DNA from: Lama guanicoe
Taxonomy: Eukaryota
Assembly: GCA_013239625.1 (NCBI GenBank)
Contig: MU054122.1
Coordinates: 62,001 to 126,000, forward strand
Length of the DNA stretch: 64,000 nt
Direction: 5' to 3'
Numbering within the stretch: the stretch's first letter is position 1; each line of letters opens with the position of its first letter. Positions 11,431 through 24,772 of the stretch are shown here, piece after piece. A program made the translations under genes and the position numbers. The notes beneath the pieces were generated by a model. That model had not been told where the DNA came from. It saw nothing but the letters and a program-made list of their open reading frames with translations, and searched no databases.

Positions 11431-14400
11431 GAAGCCTGCTATACAGAGTAATACCACTATACTATTATGGATGAGGAAACGGAGGCTCAGGGACATTAAA
11501 TATCTTGCCTTTAGTGAAACAGAGAGTCAGTGTCCTTTATCATGTTTCCATGCAATATTGTTTTCACGTACACCAACGAGCACCAGCCATCCTCTCCATT
11601 TGCCCCAATATGCTCTGATTAACCTCATTTCCACAGCCTCTTCTTCCGTATCACTGCTCCCCGGCTCACCTGCTCTGTTGGGTTTGTGATCTCCAGGTAA
11701 ACATGCAACTCCTTTACATACAGGAAGGGCGCATTCTACACAGTCCCTCACTCCAAAACTAGACCGTGCTACCATCTCAGTCTATCTTCCAGCTCCCATG
11801 GCGCCAACCTGTCCGATTATTCCACCGGACCAACAGCATACTTTATCACTTCATTAAAAAGCCCAAGATGGCCGAGCAATCATGGGAAAACTGTGCTGAC
11901 AGCAAAAGTGTTAATAAACTAACCAAATGTTTCTCGTCTCTGCCCAAACCCCAAATCCAATATGGTAAAGAATGCAGACTATTGAACATCGCTCCATTTC
12001 CCCCTTTTTTTCTACCATCTATAGAAAGACATGTCTTTGAACTAAAATTAATTTCAATATGTGCTTAAAAGAAAACAATACTCCTCAGGCTCCTCTGGTG
12101 TGTTTGCTTTCTGCAGCTACAATCCAGCTTCCGGTGTCAGAGATCTTCTTCTTTCTCTGCCATTTGGGTTTAGACCCTTAAGAATTTTTCTGTGACTCAC
12201 AGCCACGAGACTCTGAACAGCACGTCCCCTGGAGGATAACGAGTGTGCTCAGGCAGACCAAAAGTCACAGCCCTCCCTCCACCGTCCCCAGGGCTGGAGC
12301 TGAATAGCTCCAATGCCTAACAAAGAGCAAAAGGAAGTCCTTTGTGAATCTGAATTCCTCTAAAGACGTGTGGGGATGTGGGAGTGATGCGCAGAGCCCA
12401 GCTGGGAGCAGTGGGGGTGGGATGAGAGGGAAGGAGAGAGGGAGGAGGTGCTGACAGGTTCAGAGGGAAGACAGATCCTCAGTGTTTCAGTGTATTGTGC
12501 TCTCACACTTTCCCATTTATTTACTTTTTTTAGTTCTTTAAAATCTTAGAGAGTTTACCTGGTTTTGATCTATAGCACTTTCTTTTTATTTTCTGCCTTG
12601 TCTTTCATTTCATTTTCTATTTTCTTCCTCAACCCACTAATTATTTAGGAGCTTATAGATTTCCAAGAAGTTGGACATTAAAAATTTTTTAACAATAATT
12701 TCCAGTTGCATCACATTATAAAGAGATGTGTGGACAATTTCTGCTTTGTGAATTTACTGGGATTGGCAAGAGGGCTAAAATATAATTCATCTGTCATTCC
12801 ATGACATTTATAGAACAGGTACACGTTCCCTAGATTTCAGAAGCCAAATTTAATGTAACTTACTTCTCCCTGTCTTATTAATTAGTTATAAAGTCCTCTG
12901 TGCCATTTATTTTTGTTTTGTTTTCCTCTTCTAAGAAGGAACAGCTTCCCCAGAAGCCCTCCTTTTCCCCCAGAAGGCTCCTCTGCTTCCCCTTCCCTTA
13001 TCCATCTCTCTTCTCTGTTAACTTTCCACTCTCCCGGAGTCTTGGTGGGGAGGGGACAGATGATCTGGGATTGGCCAAGGAGACTTGGTGAGGAGAACAA
13101 GTCTATTCACTTCTTTCCCTTTCACAGCCCATTTCAAGCCCTGGGCTAATCACCACGCAGGCTTCTGAAATTATTATTCAGACTAGTACTTGCATTCCCT
13201 AGGAGTAAATATTAAACTTTCATTACTGCCTTACATGTCCTTCGCTCAGAGTTCAGATGGCTTAAATTACTTATGAAATATTAATGAGAGGTGCTGCCTC
13301 CCATTCTGGAAAGATGGCTCTGTCGCATTCACTGAACTATTCTATCTGATTTAAAAGCTCTCTTAGACAAAAACAGATGGACTAAGAGTTGATCTATTCT
13401 TGCCACGCTGACTCTTTTGTTACCGGCCATATCACATCACCCATGGGCAAAGCACAGTTTCAGCTGAGGGAGCTATATAAATCCAAGAATTAATACGTAA
13501 ATGTGTGTTTCTTGTTAAAAAAAAAAAAGAAAGAAAGATATGCTATACTGAGTGCGGGCAGTACCACATGTATTATCTTTTGTAGTTAAATTTCATTCTC
13601 AAATAAATGTTTATGGTGCTCTCTTACTGAGCAAAACGTCTTTCAAAGCCACACTATACATGAAAGAAACACACTCAGCTTTGGTATCTTAATCTACATT
13701 TAAAGGACGTATTCCCATGGCAACAAGACATCCAGAACTACAAAATGAGAATATTGGGGATTTTTAGAAGTACATCTGTTCACACTTAAAAGAAAATTCC
13801 CTATTATCATTCTCCCCCACCTCTCTAGAATCACCTCTTTGGTCTTCATTCTTTCTAACATTTTGGGTGGTCTTCTCTCTTTTGCAAATAGAGTTAATAA
13901 ATGTCAAAGCCATCTTCCCTCCAAACTACCAATGTATCTGAAATTCTATCCTTTTTTTTATTCCTTTGATTAAACATGTCATTTTTAGGTATACCTTTTA
14001 AAAATGAAACCATTTTGGGAAGCAATATATTGACTCACAATAATGTTATTTGAATTGGGTTCCAGCATTACTTTCTTCCACACACACTGTCTGAAGCATA
14101 TGAAAAGAAGTGGGTGTACTTTTTTTCCTAAGGGCCTAGTTCACAAATTTTCCCTTAGATAGATATGGTTAACTTTGACGTAAGATAATACACGACTGTC
14201 TAGACTCCTACATAGGTACATCGAAATCCTGTTCTGACAATAATTAGAGCTTGACTTTTGTGTCCTCAATTTCTTCATTTGTAAAATTAAGGATTTAGAT
14301 TAAATGACCTTGGAAGTCCTTGCTGGTGCTAAAGTTCTGTAAAACAACTGGCTGTATTCCTTTAAGGTGGTCAAGGATGTAATAGAGAAGTCTATTCAAT

Positions 14401-17050
14401 CATTCCAATCACTGTCCATGACCTGTTCTTCTGATAACAGGGTTCTTTTATTTTTTCCATCAACAGCCCTTGAGAAAAATTTGATCCTGACTCTGTGGGT
14501 ATGTGTATACATCAGAATGCTGATACTTCACTGGCCAACCATGAAAGGTCCTCATTGGATGTCTCTGAACTAATAAGTTCAGGGTAGGGGTCAAATTTGG
14601 CCCAAGAGAGCTTTACATTTATACAGTGTTTTTAATACTTCAAGCTTCTTTTATAATTTATTTCTTTGATTTATCTTCACAAAGTGTGAAGGAAAATGTA
14701 GGGCATCTTACAGAAGTAGGAACTCAAGTATCTAGATTAAGAATTGTCCAACGTTATAAGCCATCCAATGGCTGAACTAAAATAGGAACTTAGGCATAGT
14801 GTTGAGTGGAGGTGGCGGAGTAGAAAGACCCAGAGCTCAGTTCCTCCCACATGTGCAACAAATGTACAACTATTTACAGGGTACCTATCCATGAGAATGA
14901 TCTGAAGACTCGCAGAAAAGATTTTCCATAACTAAAGATATAAAGAAGGAACCCTAATGGACAGACAGTAGTGGCAGACATGCAGGATAGTCAAGACCCA
15001 TATCCCCAGGTAGGTGACCCACAAATGGGAGGTTAATCACAACTGCAGAGGTTGTCCCAGTGAGTGAGGGATCTGAGCTCCACATTAAACTCCCCAGCCC
15101 TGGGCATCCTGCTCTGGGAAGGTAAGCCCCCAGAACGGCTGGCTTTGAAGGCCAGCAGAGTTTGTGTGCATGAGAGACAGAGGGTTATAGGAAACAGAGC
15201 AGGCAACATCTCACACACTCTGAGTCATGCTGCAGGGCCATGAGTCAGACTTACGTGCTGATCTTGGAGAGACTCCCAGACAGTCAGAAGGCAAGTGGGA
15301 CTCCCTGTGGGGACACAGATGTTGGCAGCAGCCATTTTGGGGAGCTCATTCTATCACAAGGACATTTGTGCTGCCAAGTACCATTTCGAGTCCTCCCTCC
15401 TGTCTGTCAGTGTCACGGGCTTATTTGCCCACCAGTGGGCTGGCACCAGCAGTGGTCCCCCCAACCCTGCAGCGAGCCACCCTGGGACCTGGCCACATCC
15501 ACCAGCAGGCCAGTACCAGCCCCAGGATGCCCCAGGCCCTGTGGTCAGCCACACTGGGGCTTGGACCCACCCGCCAGTGTGGGTTGGTAGGACCACACAA
15601 GGCAGGCCTAACAGCCAACTGGAGGAGGGGCCCACCCCACCTACCAGTGTGTCCACAGTAGTTGGCTCTGTCACAACAGAAGGGCCCACTCAGCCCACAC
15701 AGGGGACACCTCTAGAGCATACAGCTCTGGTGACCAGAGAGGATTATGCAGCCAGGCCCCAGAGAATACCTCCTACATAAGGTTGCTTCTCTAAGATTGG
15801 GAAATATAATCTCCCTATCTAGTACATCAAAACAAACAGAGAGAACAAGGCAAAACAAGAAGACAGAGGAACATGTCCCAAACAAAGGAACAAGAAAAAT
15901 TCTCAAAAATAGAACTAAATGTGGTGGACATAAGTAACCTATCCAATAAAGAATTCAAGGTAATAATCTTAAAGATGCTTAATGAAATTGGGAAAAGAGT
16001 GAACACAGTCACAAGGTTAACAAATAGAAAATAAAGAGAAGAAGCAAAGAGAGCTGAAGAATACAATAACTGAGATTTAAAAATATACTAGAAGGAATCA
16101 AAGGTAGATTAGATGATACAGATGAATGGATCAGCAAACTGGAAGACAGAGTAGTGGAAATCACCCAAGCTGAACAGAAGAACAAATTTGTAAGGATGAA
16201 GACAAAGAGATAAAAGAAAGTTAATGGAGAAACCATACATGACCCCTAAAGAACAAATACCTTTTATATGTCACCATTCTTATTATATTACTATTACTAC
16301 TTTTTTATATATTACTTGCCTTTAAAAAGCCCTGTTTCTGTGCACAAAAAAAAAAAACAAAAGCAATGTCAAAATAGTAAGTAACGACTATCACTTTCAC
16401 ATGCTACAAAGAGATCAAAAAGAAAAGGGTATGGATTTAGGGCTGAGATAGTCTTGGTGCCAGTAAAGAGAGCAGGTGAAATCAAACCGTAAGGAGAAAA
16501 TCAAGGCTGTAGGGAGGTAGCAAATGGTGACAAAGTGCAAAAAGCAAAATCAGAAATGGCAACTTCATTAATTATAGGAGAAAGAGTTCTGGGGGAGGTG
16601 GATGAGGAAAATAAGGCAATATGCTATGTGCACAAAATTTGTACAGTGGCAGAAATCTATAAACATTTAAGAGATAAATAAAACTTCTAAGCAACTGTAA
16701 GAATGGGTATCATGAACTCAAACAAAAGCTGGGCAGAAATATTTTTGCCACACCATTCAGAAACACTCAGGAACTTAATGGATAGAACTTTAGAGCAGCA
16801 CATTTGTTTGGCATAATAAGCAGAATGGAGACTCAAAACAGACAGATCCTTGGGGGTTAGAGGTCACACTGAAACTGTTTAACCAAATCACATTCCAGGC
16901 AATACAGCAGGTGAAGCCTGACATAGAGAGAAAATAAAATACGGATCAAGGGTCTTAGAAGCAGAGACAGCAATTGTTAGCTCGTGGTAACTGCTCTTTC
17001 TCCCCTATCTTGATTCTCCAATCTGGATTCCCAACAAAAATCAACTTCAC

Positions 17051-17303
17051 TACAACATGGTAACTACAGTTAGCACTGCTGTATGATACATAGGAAAGTT
17101 ATTAAGAGAACAGATTCAAAGAGCTCTCATCACAGGAGGATTCTTTTTCCGTTTTCTTTTTATTGTGCCTATATACGATGATAGATGTCAACTAAACCTA
17201 CTGTGGTAGTCATTTCACAATATAAGTAAATTGAACCATCACGTTGTACACCTTAAACTTATCAGTAGTGCTTCAATTATTTCTCGATAAAACTTGAAAA
17301 AAA
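17051..17303 (+). mobile_element. L1MA-type 3' end nested inside ORF1 of the large L1
   Basis: atggtaactacagttagcactgctgta...gagctctcatcac...ttgtacaccttaaactta...aattatttctcgataaaacttgaaaaaaa. Confidence 0.7.
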
Positions 17304-17698
17304 TTTTAAAAGATAATGAAGATACTCAGAGACTTCATCAAGTGTATATAACATCACATTATAGGGGTCCCAGAAGGAGGAGAGAGAGAGGCAGAAAACT
17401 TATTTAAAGAAATGATATCTGAAAACTCCCCTAACCAGGGAAAGGAAACAGATGTGCATTATGTGTACTATATACCTTAAACTTATCAGTAGTGCTTCAA
17501 TTATTTCTCAATAAAACTTGAAAAAAATTTTAAAAGATAATGAAGATACTCAAGAGACTTCATCAAGTGTATATAACATCACATTATAGGGGTCCCAGAA
17601 GGAGGAGAGAGAGAGGCAGAAAACTTATTTAAAGAAATGATATCTGAAAACTCCCCTAACCAGGGAAAGGAAACAGATGTGCATTATGTGTACTATAC
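17250..17698. repeat. Tandem duplication of ~225 bp
   Basis: 17250-17473 and 17474-17698 match apart from one G/A, a 1-nt indel and the last base. Confidence 0.95.
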
Positions 17699-18113
17699 TG
17701 GTTTTGGATGGAATGTTATATATATATAAAATCCATTTTGTCTAATTGTATCATTTAAGGCCATTGTTTTCTTATTGGTCTTCTGTCTAGATGATCTGTC
17801 CATTGACATAAATGGATGGTAAAGTCCCCTACTATTATTGTTACTGTCAGTTGCCCCCTTTACGTTTGTTAGTATTTGCTTTATGTGTTTAGGTGCACCT
17901 ATGTTAGGTGCATATATATTTACAATTGTTACATCTTCTTGTTGCATTGATCGCTTTATCATTACGTAGTGCCCTTCTTTGACTCTTGCCACAGTCTTTG
18001 TTTTAAAGTCTATTTTGTCTTATATATGTATTACCACCCAAGCTTTCTTTTTGTTTCCATTTACATGGGGTAACTTTTTCTATCCCCTCACTTTCAGTCT
18101 GTGTGGGCCTTTA

Positions 18114-19618
18114 TTTATTTATTTATTTATTTAACTTATTTATTTATTTTAACATTCTTTATTGACTTATAATCATTTTACAATGTTGTGTCCAATTGAC
18201 AACCGTAAGTTTGTATTCTATGCCTGTGAGTCTATTTCTGTTTTGTATTTATGCTTTGTTTGTTTTTTGTTTTGTTTTNNNNNNNNNNNNNNNNNNNNNN
18301 NNNNNNNNNNNNNNNNNNNNNNNNNNNNNNNNNNNNNNNNNNNNNNNNNNNNNNNNNNNNNNNNNNNNNNNNNNNNNNNNNNNNNNNNNNNNNNNNNNNN
18401 NNNNNNNNNNNNNNNNNNNNNNNNNNNNNNNNNNNNNNNNNNNNNNNNNNNNNNNNNNNNNNNNNNNNNNNNNNNNNNNNNNNNNNNNNNNNNNNNNNNN
18501 NNNNNNNNNNNNNNNNNNNNNNNNNNNNNNNNNNNNNNNNNNNNNNNNNNNNNNNNNNNNNNNNNNNNNNNNNNNNNNNNNNNNNNNNNNNNNNNNNNNN
18601 NNNNNNNNNNNNNNNNNNNNNNNNNNNNNNNNNNNNNNNNNNNNNNNNNNNNNNNNNNNNNNNNNNNNNNNNNNNNNNNNNNNNNNNNNNNNNNNNNNNN
18701 NNNNNNNNNNNNNNNNNNNNNNNNNNNNNNNNNNNNNNNNNNNNNNNNNNNNNNNNNNNNNNNNNNNNNNNNNNNNNNNNNNNNNNNGCATTTCTCTTTA
18801 GTGATATTGAGCATTTTTTCATGTGCCTATTGATCATTTGTATTTCTTCTTGGAGAATTGCTTGTTTAGCTCTTCTGCCCATTTTTGCATTGGGTTGTCT
18901 ATTTTTTTCTTATTAAGTCGTATGAGCTGTTTGTATATTCTGGAGATCAAGCCTTTGTTGGTTTCATTTGCAAAAATTTTTCCCATTCCGTAGGTTGTCT
19001 TTTTGTTTTACTTATGATTTCCTTTGCTGTGTAGAAGCTTGTAAGTTTCATTAGGTCCCATTTGTTTATTCTTGCTTTTATTTCTATTGCTTGAGTAGAC
19101 TGCTCTAAGAGAACATTTTTGAGATGTATGTCAGATAATGTTTTGCCTGTATCTTCTTCTAGGAGGTTTATTGTATCTTGTCTTATGTTTAAGTCTTTGA
19201 CCCATTTTGAGTTTATTTTTGTGTATGGTGTAAGGGAGTGTTCTAGCTTCATTGTTTTACATGCTGCTGTCCAGTCTTCCCAACACCATTTGCTGAAGAG
19301 ACTGTCTTTATTCCATTGTATAGTCTTGCCTCCTTTGTTGAAGATTAGTTGACCAAAAGTTTGTGGGTTCATTTCTGGGCTCTCTATTCTGTTCCATTGG
19401 TCTATATGCCAGTTTTTGTACCAATACCATGCTGTCTTGATGACTGTAGCTCTATAGTATTGTCTGAAGTCTGGGAGAGTTATTTCTCCAGCCTCTTTCT
19501 TTCTCTTCAGTAATGCTTTGGCAATTCTAGGTCTTTGATGGTTTCATATAAACTTTATTATGATTTGTTCTAGTTCTGTGAAATATGCCCTGGGTAATTT
19601 GATAGGGATTGCATTAAA
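18114..19618 (-). mobile_element. Younger 5'-truncated L1 with 16-bp TSD, containing the assembly gap
   Basis: Open ORF2 stretch [33 protein letters not shown]...; (TTTA)n tail at 18110-18150; TSD TCTGTGTGGGCCTTTA (18098-18113) / TCTGTGTGGGCATTTA (19619-19634). Confidence 0.92.
18279..18787. other. Assembly gap (509 N)
   Basis: Run of n. Confidence 1.
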
Positions 19619-22600
19619 TCTGTGTGGGCATTTAGATCCAAAGAGAGTCTCTTGTATACGTATCTTATTTTTCACCCATTCAGCCACTCTATATCTATTG
19701 ATTGGAGCATTTAGTCCATTCACAGTACTAACAAACATAAAGGGAGAAATTGATAATAACAATAATAGTAGGGGACTTTAACACCCATTTACATCAATGG
19801 ACAGATCATCTAGATAGAAGACCAATAAAAAAACAATGGCTTTAAATGACACATTGGATCAAATGGATTGTATATATATAAAACATTCCATCCAAAACCA
19901 GCATAATGCGCATTTTTTTTGAGTGCACATGGAGCATTCTCCAAGATAGATCACATGCTAGGCCATAAGCCTCAATAAATTTAAGATTGAAATCCTATTA
20001 AGCATCTTTTCTGATCACAACAGTATGAGACTAGAAATCAATGAAAAGAAACATACTGCAAAATAATACAAACACGTGGAGGCTAAAAAATATGCTACTA
20101 AACAACAAATGGGTCACTAAAGAAATCAAGAAGAAATAAAAAAAAAATACCTGGAGACAAATGAAAATGGAAACACAGCAATCCAAAATTGATGGCAAAG
20201 AGCAAAAGCAGTTCTAAGAGGGAAGTTTATAGCAATACAAGCCTACCTCAGGAAATAAGACAAATCCCTAATAAACAATCTAAACTTACACCTAAGGGAA
20301 CTTAAAAGAGAAAAATAAGCAAATCCCAAGTTAGCAGAAGAAAAGAAATCATAAAGATCAGAGCAAGTATAAATGAAATTAGTACTAAAAAAATAGATCT
20401 CCTCAAGAAAATAATTAGCAAACTGAATTCAAAAATACATTAAAGGGATCAAAACCATGATAAAGTGGGATTTATCCCAGCTATGCAAGGATGGCTCAAT
20501 GTCTACAAAGTAACTGATGTGATATAGCACATTAACACACTTAAGAAAAACAACAGTAAAAAAGCTGAAAGCATCTCCTTGAAGGTCAGGAATGAGACAA
20601 GGATTCTCACACTCATCAATTTTATACTACCTAGTACTGGAAGTCCTAGCCACAGCAATCAGACAAGAAAAAGGAATAAGAGGACTCCAAATTGGGATGG
20701 AAGTAGTAAAAACTGTCACTCTTTTCAGATGACATGATACCATATACAGAAAATCCTAAAGGTGCCACCAAAAAACTCTAGAACTAATAATTGAATTCAG
20801 TGAAGCTGCAGGATACAAAATTAATATATAGAAACTGGTTGCATTTCTGTACACTAATGATACACTATCAGAAAAAAGAAATAAAGAAAACAGTCCCACT
20901 TACAATTACATCCAAAAAGTAAAATACCTGGGAATAAATCTAACCAAAGAGATAAAAGACTTACACTCCAAAAAGTATAAGACATGGATGAAAGAAATGG
21001 AAGACAACAAAAACAAATAGAAAGAAACACTGTGCTCATGAATTGGAAGAATAAATATTGTTAAGATAACCACACTACCCAAGGCAATCTACAGATTCAG
21101 TACAACCCCTATAAAAATACCAATGGCATTTTCCACAGAACTAGAACAAATAATTCCAAATTTTGTCTGAAAACAAATGACCATAAATAGACAAAACACT
21201 CTTGAGAAAAAAGAACAAAGCTGGAAGTGCCATACTCCTTGATTTCAAACTATACTACAAAGCTACAGTAATCAAAACAGTATGGCACTGGCACAAAAAC
21301 AGACGTATAGCTCAATGGACCTGAATAGAGAACCCAGAAATAAATCCACACCTCTATGGTCAATTAACCTATGACAAAGGAGGTAAGAATATACAATGAG
21401 GAAAGGACAGCCCCTTCAACAAGTAGTGTTGGGAAAACTGGACAGCTATGTGCAAAAGAATCAAACTAGCCTACTTTCTCACATCATACACAAAAATAAA
21501 ATCAAAATGACTTGAAGACTAAGTGTAAGAACTGAAATCATAAAATTTCTAGAAGAAAATATAGGTAGTATGCTCCTTGACATCAGTCTTAGGAATATAT
21601 ATATATATATATATTTTTTTTTTTGATCTGTCTCCTCAGGCAAAGGAAACAAAAGCAAAAATAAACAAATGGGACTGTATCAAACTAGAAAGCTTTTGCC
21701 CAGCAAAGGAAACTATGAACAAAATCAAAAACAGCCTACTTAATGGGAGAAGATAATTGCAAACAATATATCTGATAAGGGGTTAATATCCAAAATATAC
21801 AAGGAACATGTATAACTTCAACATCAAACAAACAAACAACTCAATTGCAAAATGGGCAGAGGACCTGAATAGACATTTTTTCCAAAGAAGCCATGCAGAT
21901 GGCCAACAGACACATGAAAAGATGTTGAATGTCACTAATCATCAGGGAAATGCAAATCAAAGCCACATTGAGATACCACCTCATACTTTTCAAAATACCT
22001 ATCAACAAAATGACCACAAATAAAAAGTGTTGGCAAGGATGTAGAGAAAAGGGAACCTTTATGTATTTGTTGGTGGGATTGTAAATAGGTGCAGTCACTA
22101 TAGAAAACAGTATAGAGGTTCCTCAAAAAATTAAAAATAGGAATACCATATGATCCATCCATCCACTTCTGGGTATTTATCCAAAGAAAATAAAAACACT
22201 ACTTTGGAAAGACAGACACCAATGTTCATTGAGCATTATTTACAATGGCCAAGATATGTAAGCAACCTAAGTGTTCATTGATGGATGAATGGATAAAGAA
22301 AATGTGGCACACACACACACACACACATTGGAATGTTACTCCATCATTAAAAAAAAAAGGAATACTGCCATTTGTGACAACAGAGATAGAAGTAGAAGGT
22401 ATTACGCTAAGTGAAATAAATCAGACAAAGAAAGACAAATACTACATGATCTCACTTAAATGTGGAATCTAAAGAACAAAACAAAACAACAAACAAGACA
22501 TAAATACGGAGAACAAATGGGTGGTTGCCAGAATGGAGAGGGCTGGGGGTGATGTGGGCAAAATAGGTGAAGAAAATTAAGAGGTACAAACCTCCAGTTA

Positions 22601-23299
22601 TGTAATAAATAAGCCATGGGGATGTAACATACAGTATAAGGAATACAGTCAATAATACTGTAATAACCTTAATAACTTTGTATGGAGACGGATGGTTGAT
22701 AGACTTCTTTTGGTAATCATTTCATAATGTATGTAAATGTCAAATCATTATGCAGCATACCTGAAACTAACCTAATACTGTATGTCAACTATATTTTAAT
22801 TTTTTAAATGCCCCCCAAAATTAAAAAAATAAAATAAAATAAAATGAGAACTGTGATGAATTCATTCCAACCCCATCCTGGCTAAAACATTCTTTCACCG
22901 TCTTACAAAGTTAAATCTTTCAGAGCCTGTTTTATGTTTTTCTTTTCTGACAACTTTTCAGAGCAATTCAGAGTTCATATAACCCCTTATTGAAATTCAA
23001 TTAGAGTGTACTGCAAAGCCAAAGAGGATAAATGATTCCAGATGTTTGGGTCAATCCCTAGAGCCATTAGAACCACCACAAAGAATCTGATAAAAGGTTA
23101 CTCATATTTCCCACAAAATGAGAGCTATATTTTTGCCTATGTGAGAAAAGTGTTCTGCCTGGTTCCATGTTACAGTCCTGTGACCAAGTTGCTAGGTACA
23201 GAATTGGGAAATACATGAGCTTCCTCCCTAGGGAAAGGGAGCCAACACTTGTAATCATGGTTACCCTACTGCATTTCTGGTCTTGTCAGAGAACAGTAC

Positions 23300-23580
23300 A
23301 TCAGAGACTACTAAATTCAATTCCTAGCTCCACCACTCTTGAGACATGCAACCATGGATGCGTAACAACTTCTCTGGGCTTCAGTTTCCTAATAGCAAAG
23401 TAGGAGTAATAACGGTTGCTATGAAGGTTCAATGAATTAACTCAGGTAAAGCACACACCATCTCCAACAGGCAGTAGGAAGACAGTAACCATTATCTACT
23501 TAATTTATTACCATATTTTAAAGTCTTAGAATAGCACCTGGCTGATAGTAAGTACTGCCTAAGTGTGAGCTATTTTTACT
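23300..23580 (+). mobile_element. MIR fragments
   Basis: tctctgggcttcagtttcctaatagcaaagtaggagtaataac; cttagaatagcacctggctgatagtaagtact. Confidence 0.6.
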
Positions 23581-24505
23581 ATTCACAAAGTAAAAAAAAA
23601 ACAAAAACAGATGCTGGAAATTTAATTTTTGTTTATATAAAAATATCCCAAATTGCTTCTTAATGAAAGACTTTAATGTACTTTATGAGGGACTTGAGAC
23701 AACTTAAACTGAATGAATATACACACTTACGTTACCATCTGAGTTTAAAATCTCTGAATTAAAAAAATATTGTGGTACCATGGTCAATGTACTTGTTATC
23801 ACTGAGCTAAGTCCAGATCTAATGCTAAAATTCTGTGCTTCCTCTCCCTACATGTGAAGGGGGGAAGAGGGCAAGAGGATACATAGGTTTTTCCTGGAAA
23901 AAATGAATTGGTTTAACTCACATGAACAAACAAAATTGTCAGTGCCTCCCTGAGTTTATAGAAAATGATTGCAGCCAACAAAAAGTGTCTTGTTTCTCTT
24001 TTAATTTGTGGCTTGACCAAGAGTTAAGCAAATGAAATACCAGGCTAGGCAAACAAAAACTGCCTTTTTGTGTCAGATATTCTTATTACAATCAACCCAC
24101 ACATTTAAATTCAAGTTAAAAGTTTTCTGGAGAGCAAGCAGAGCTGATGAAGGTTAAAAACCCTAAACTCTGAAACGAGAGTTACTTAATGCTTTGACTT
24201 AACTCTCTACCACTGACTCGCTAAGCTCACCTACGTGGATGCTTTCATGTCTCTAGGTTGATCTCCCCTACATATAAAATTGTCCTGACCAAGCTCTGAA
24301 ATCTGTATTCTATTAGCAAATCCTGTAAGTCTTGCTTATTTGCATCTTCTTGGCTATCAGGGTTCAGCGGAATAGCCTGAAATTAACTTAGCACGATATG
24401 AGTTTCTGTCTCAGCTTCCATTTTTGTCCTTTGCTCTTTACTGCCAGTCTCCTGTTTCACCATCTACAGGTCTATTTTTGGCGAATTCTTTCACATTCTC
24501 CAGAA

Positions 24506-24707
24506 CAGTTGTTCTCAGACTCTGGCCTGCATCAGAATCATCCTCAGGGTGGGGCGGGGTCTCTTACCATGCAGCTTGCTCAGCCTACCCTCTGGAGGCT
24601 CTGACTCAGTGGGTCTGGGATAGGGCACAGAATTCCATCACTGACATCCAGACCACCAGGTCGTCTGGATGCTGCTGACCCAACAACCATTTGAAGACCT
24701 CTGCTCT
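24506..24707. mobile_element. MER5A-like hAT-Charlie element
   Basis: cagttgttctca...tgcatcagaatca...tctgactcagtgggtctggg...tttgaagacctctg. Confidence 0.6.
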
Positions 24708-24772
24708 ACAGAATATTAAAAAAAACAATGTTGATAAACATCAGCTGAGGGTCACTAAGTAGCAGAAGTTAC

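Larger units (their letters stand above)
14791..22845 (+). mobile_element. Originally near full-length L1, antisense to CUBN in intron 17, now rearranged
   Basis: GC-richer 5'UTR (~14800-15800), ORF1 remnant (~15830-16200, resuming ~17310), degraded ORF2 (19726-~22300), 3'UTR and A-rich tail to ~22845. Possible TSD TAAAATAGGAACT (14778-14790) / TAAAATGAGAACT (22840-22852). Confidence 0.85.

Noticed and set aside
15227..15780. Overlapping Pro/Gly-rich ORFs of 111-161 aa on both strands
   Set aside because: They lie in the GC-richer 5'UTR of the L1, where stops are scarce. No recognisable domain or splice structure.
18162..18916. Six long ORFs (180-223 aa) in the ORF track
   Set aside because: Artefacts of translating the N gap.
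18947..19372. 141-aa ORF as a possible gene
   Set aside because: It is a fragment of L1 ORF2 in a truncated copy.
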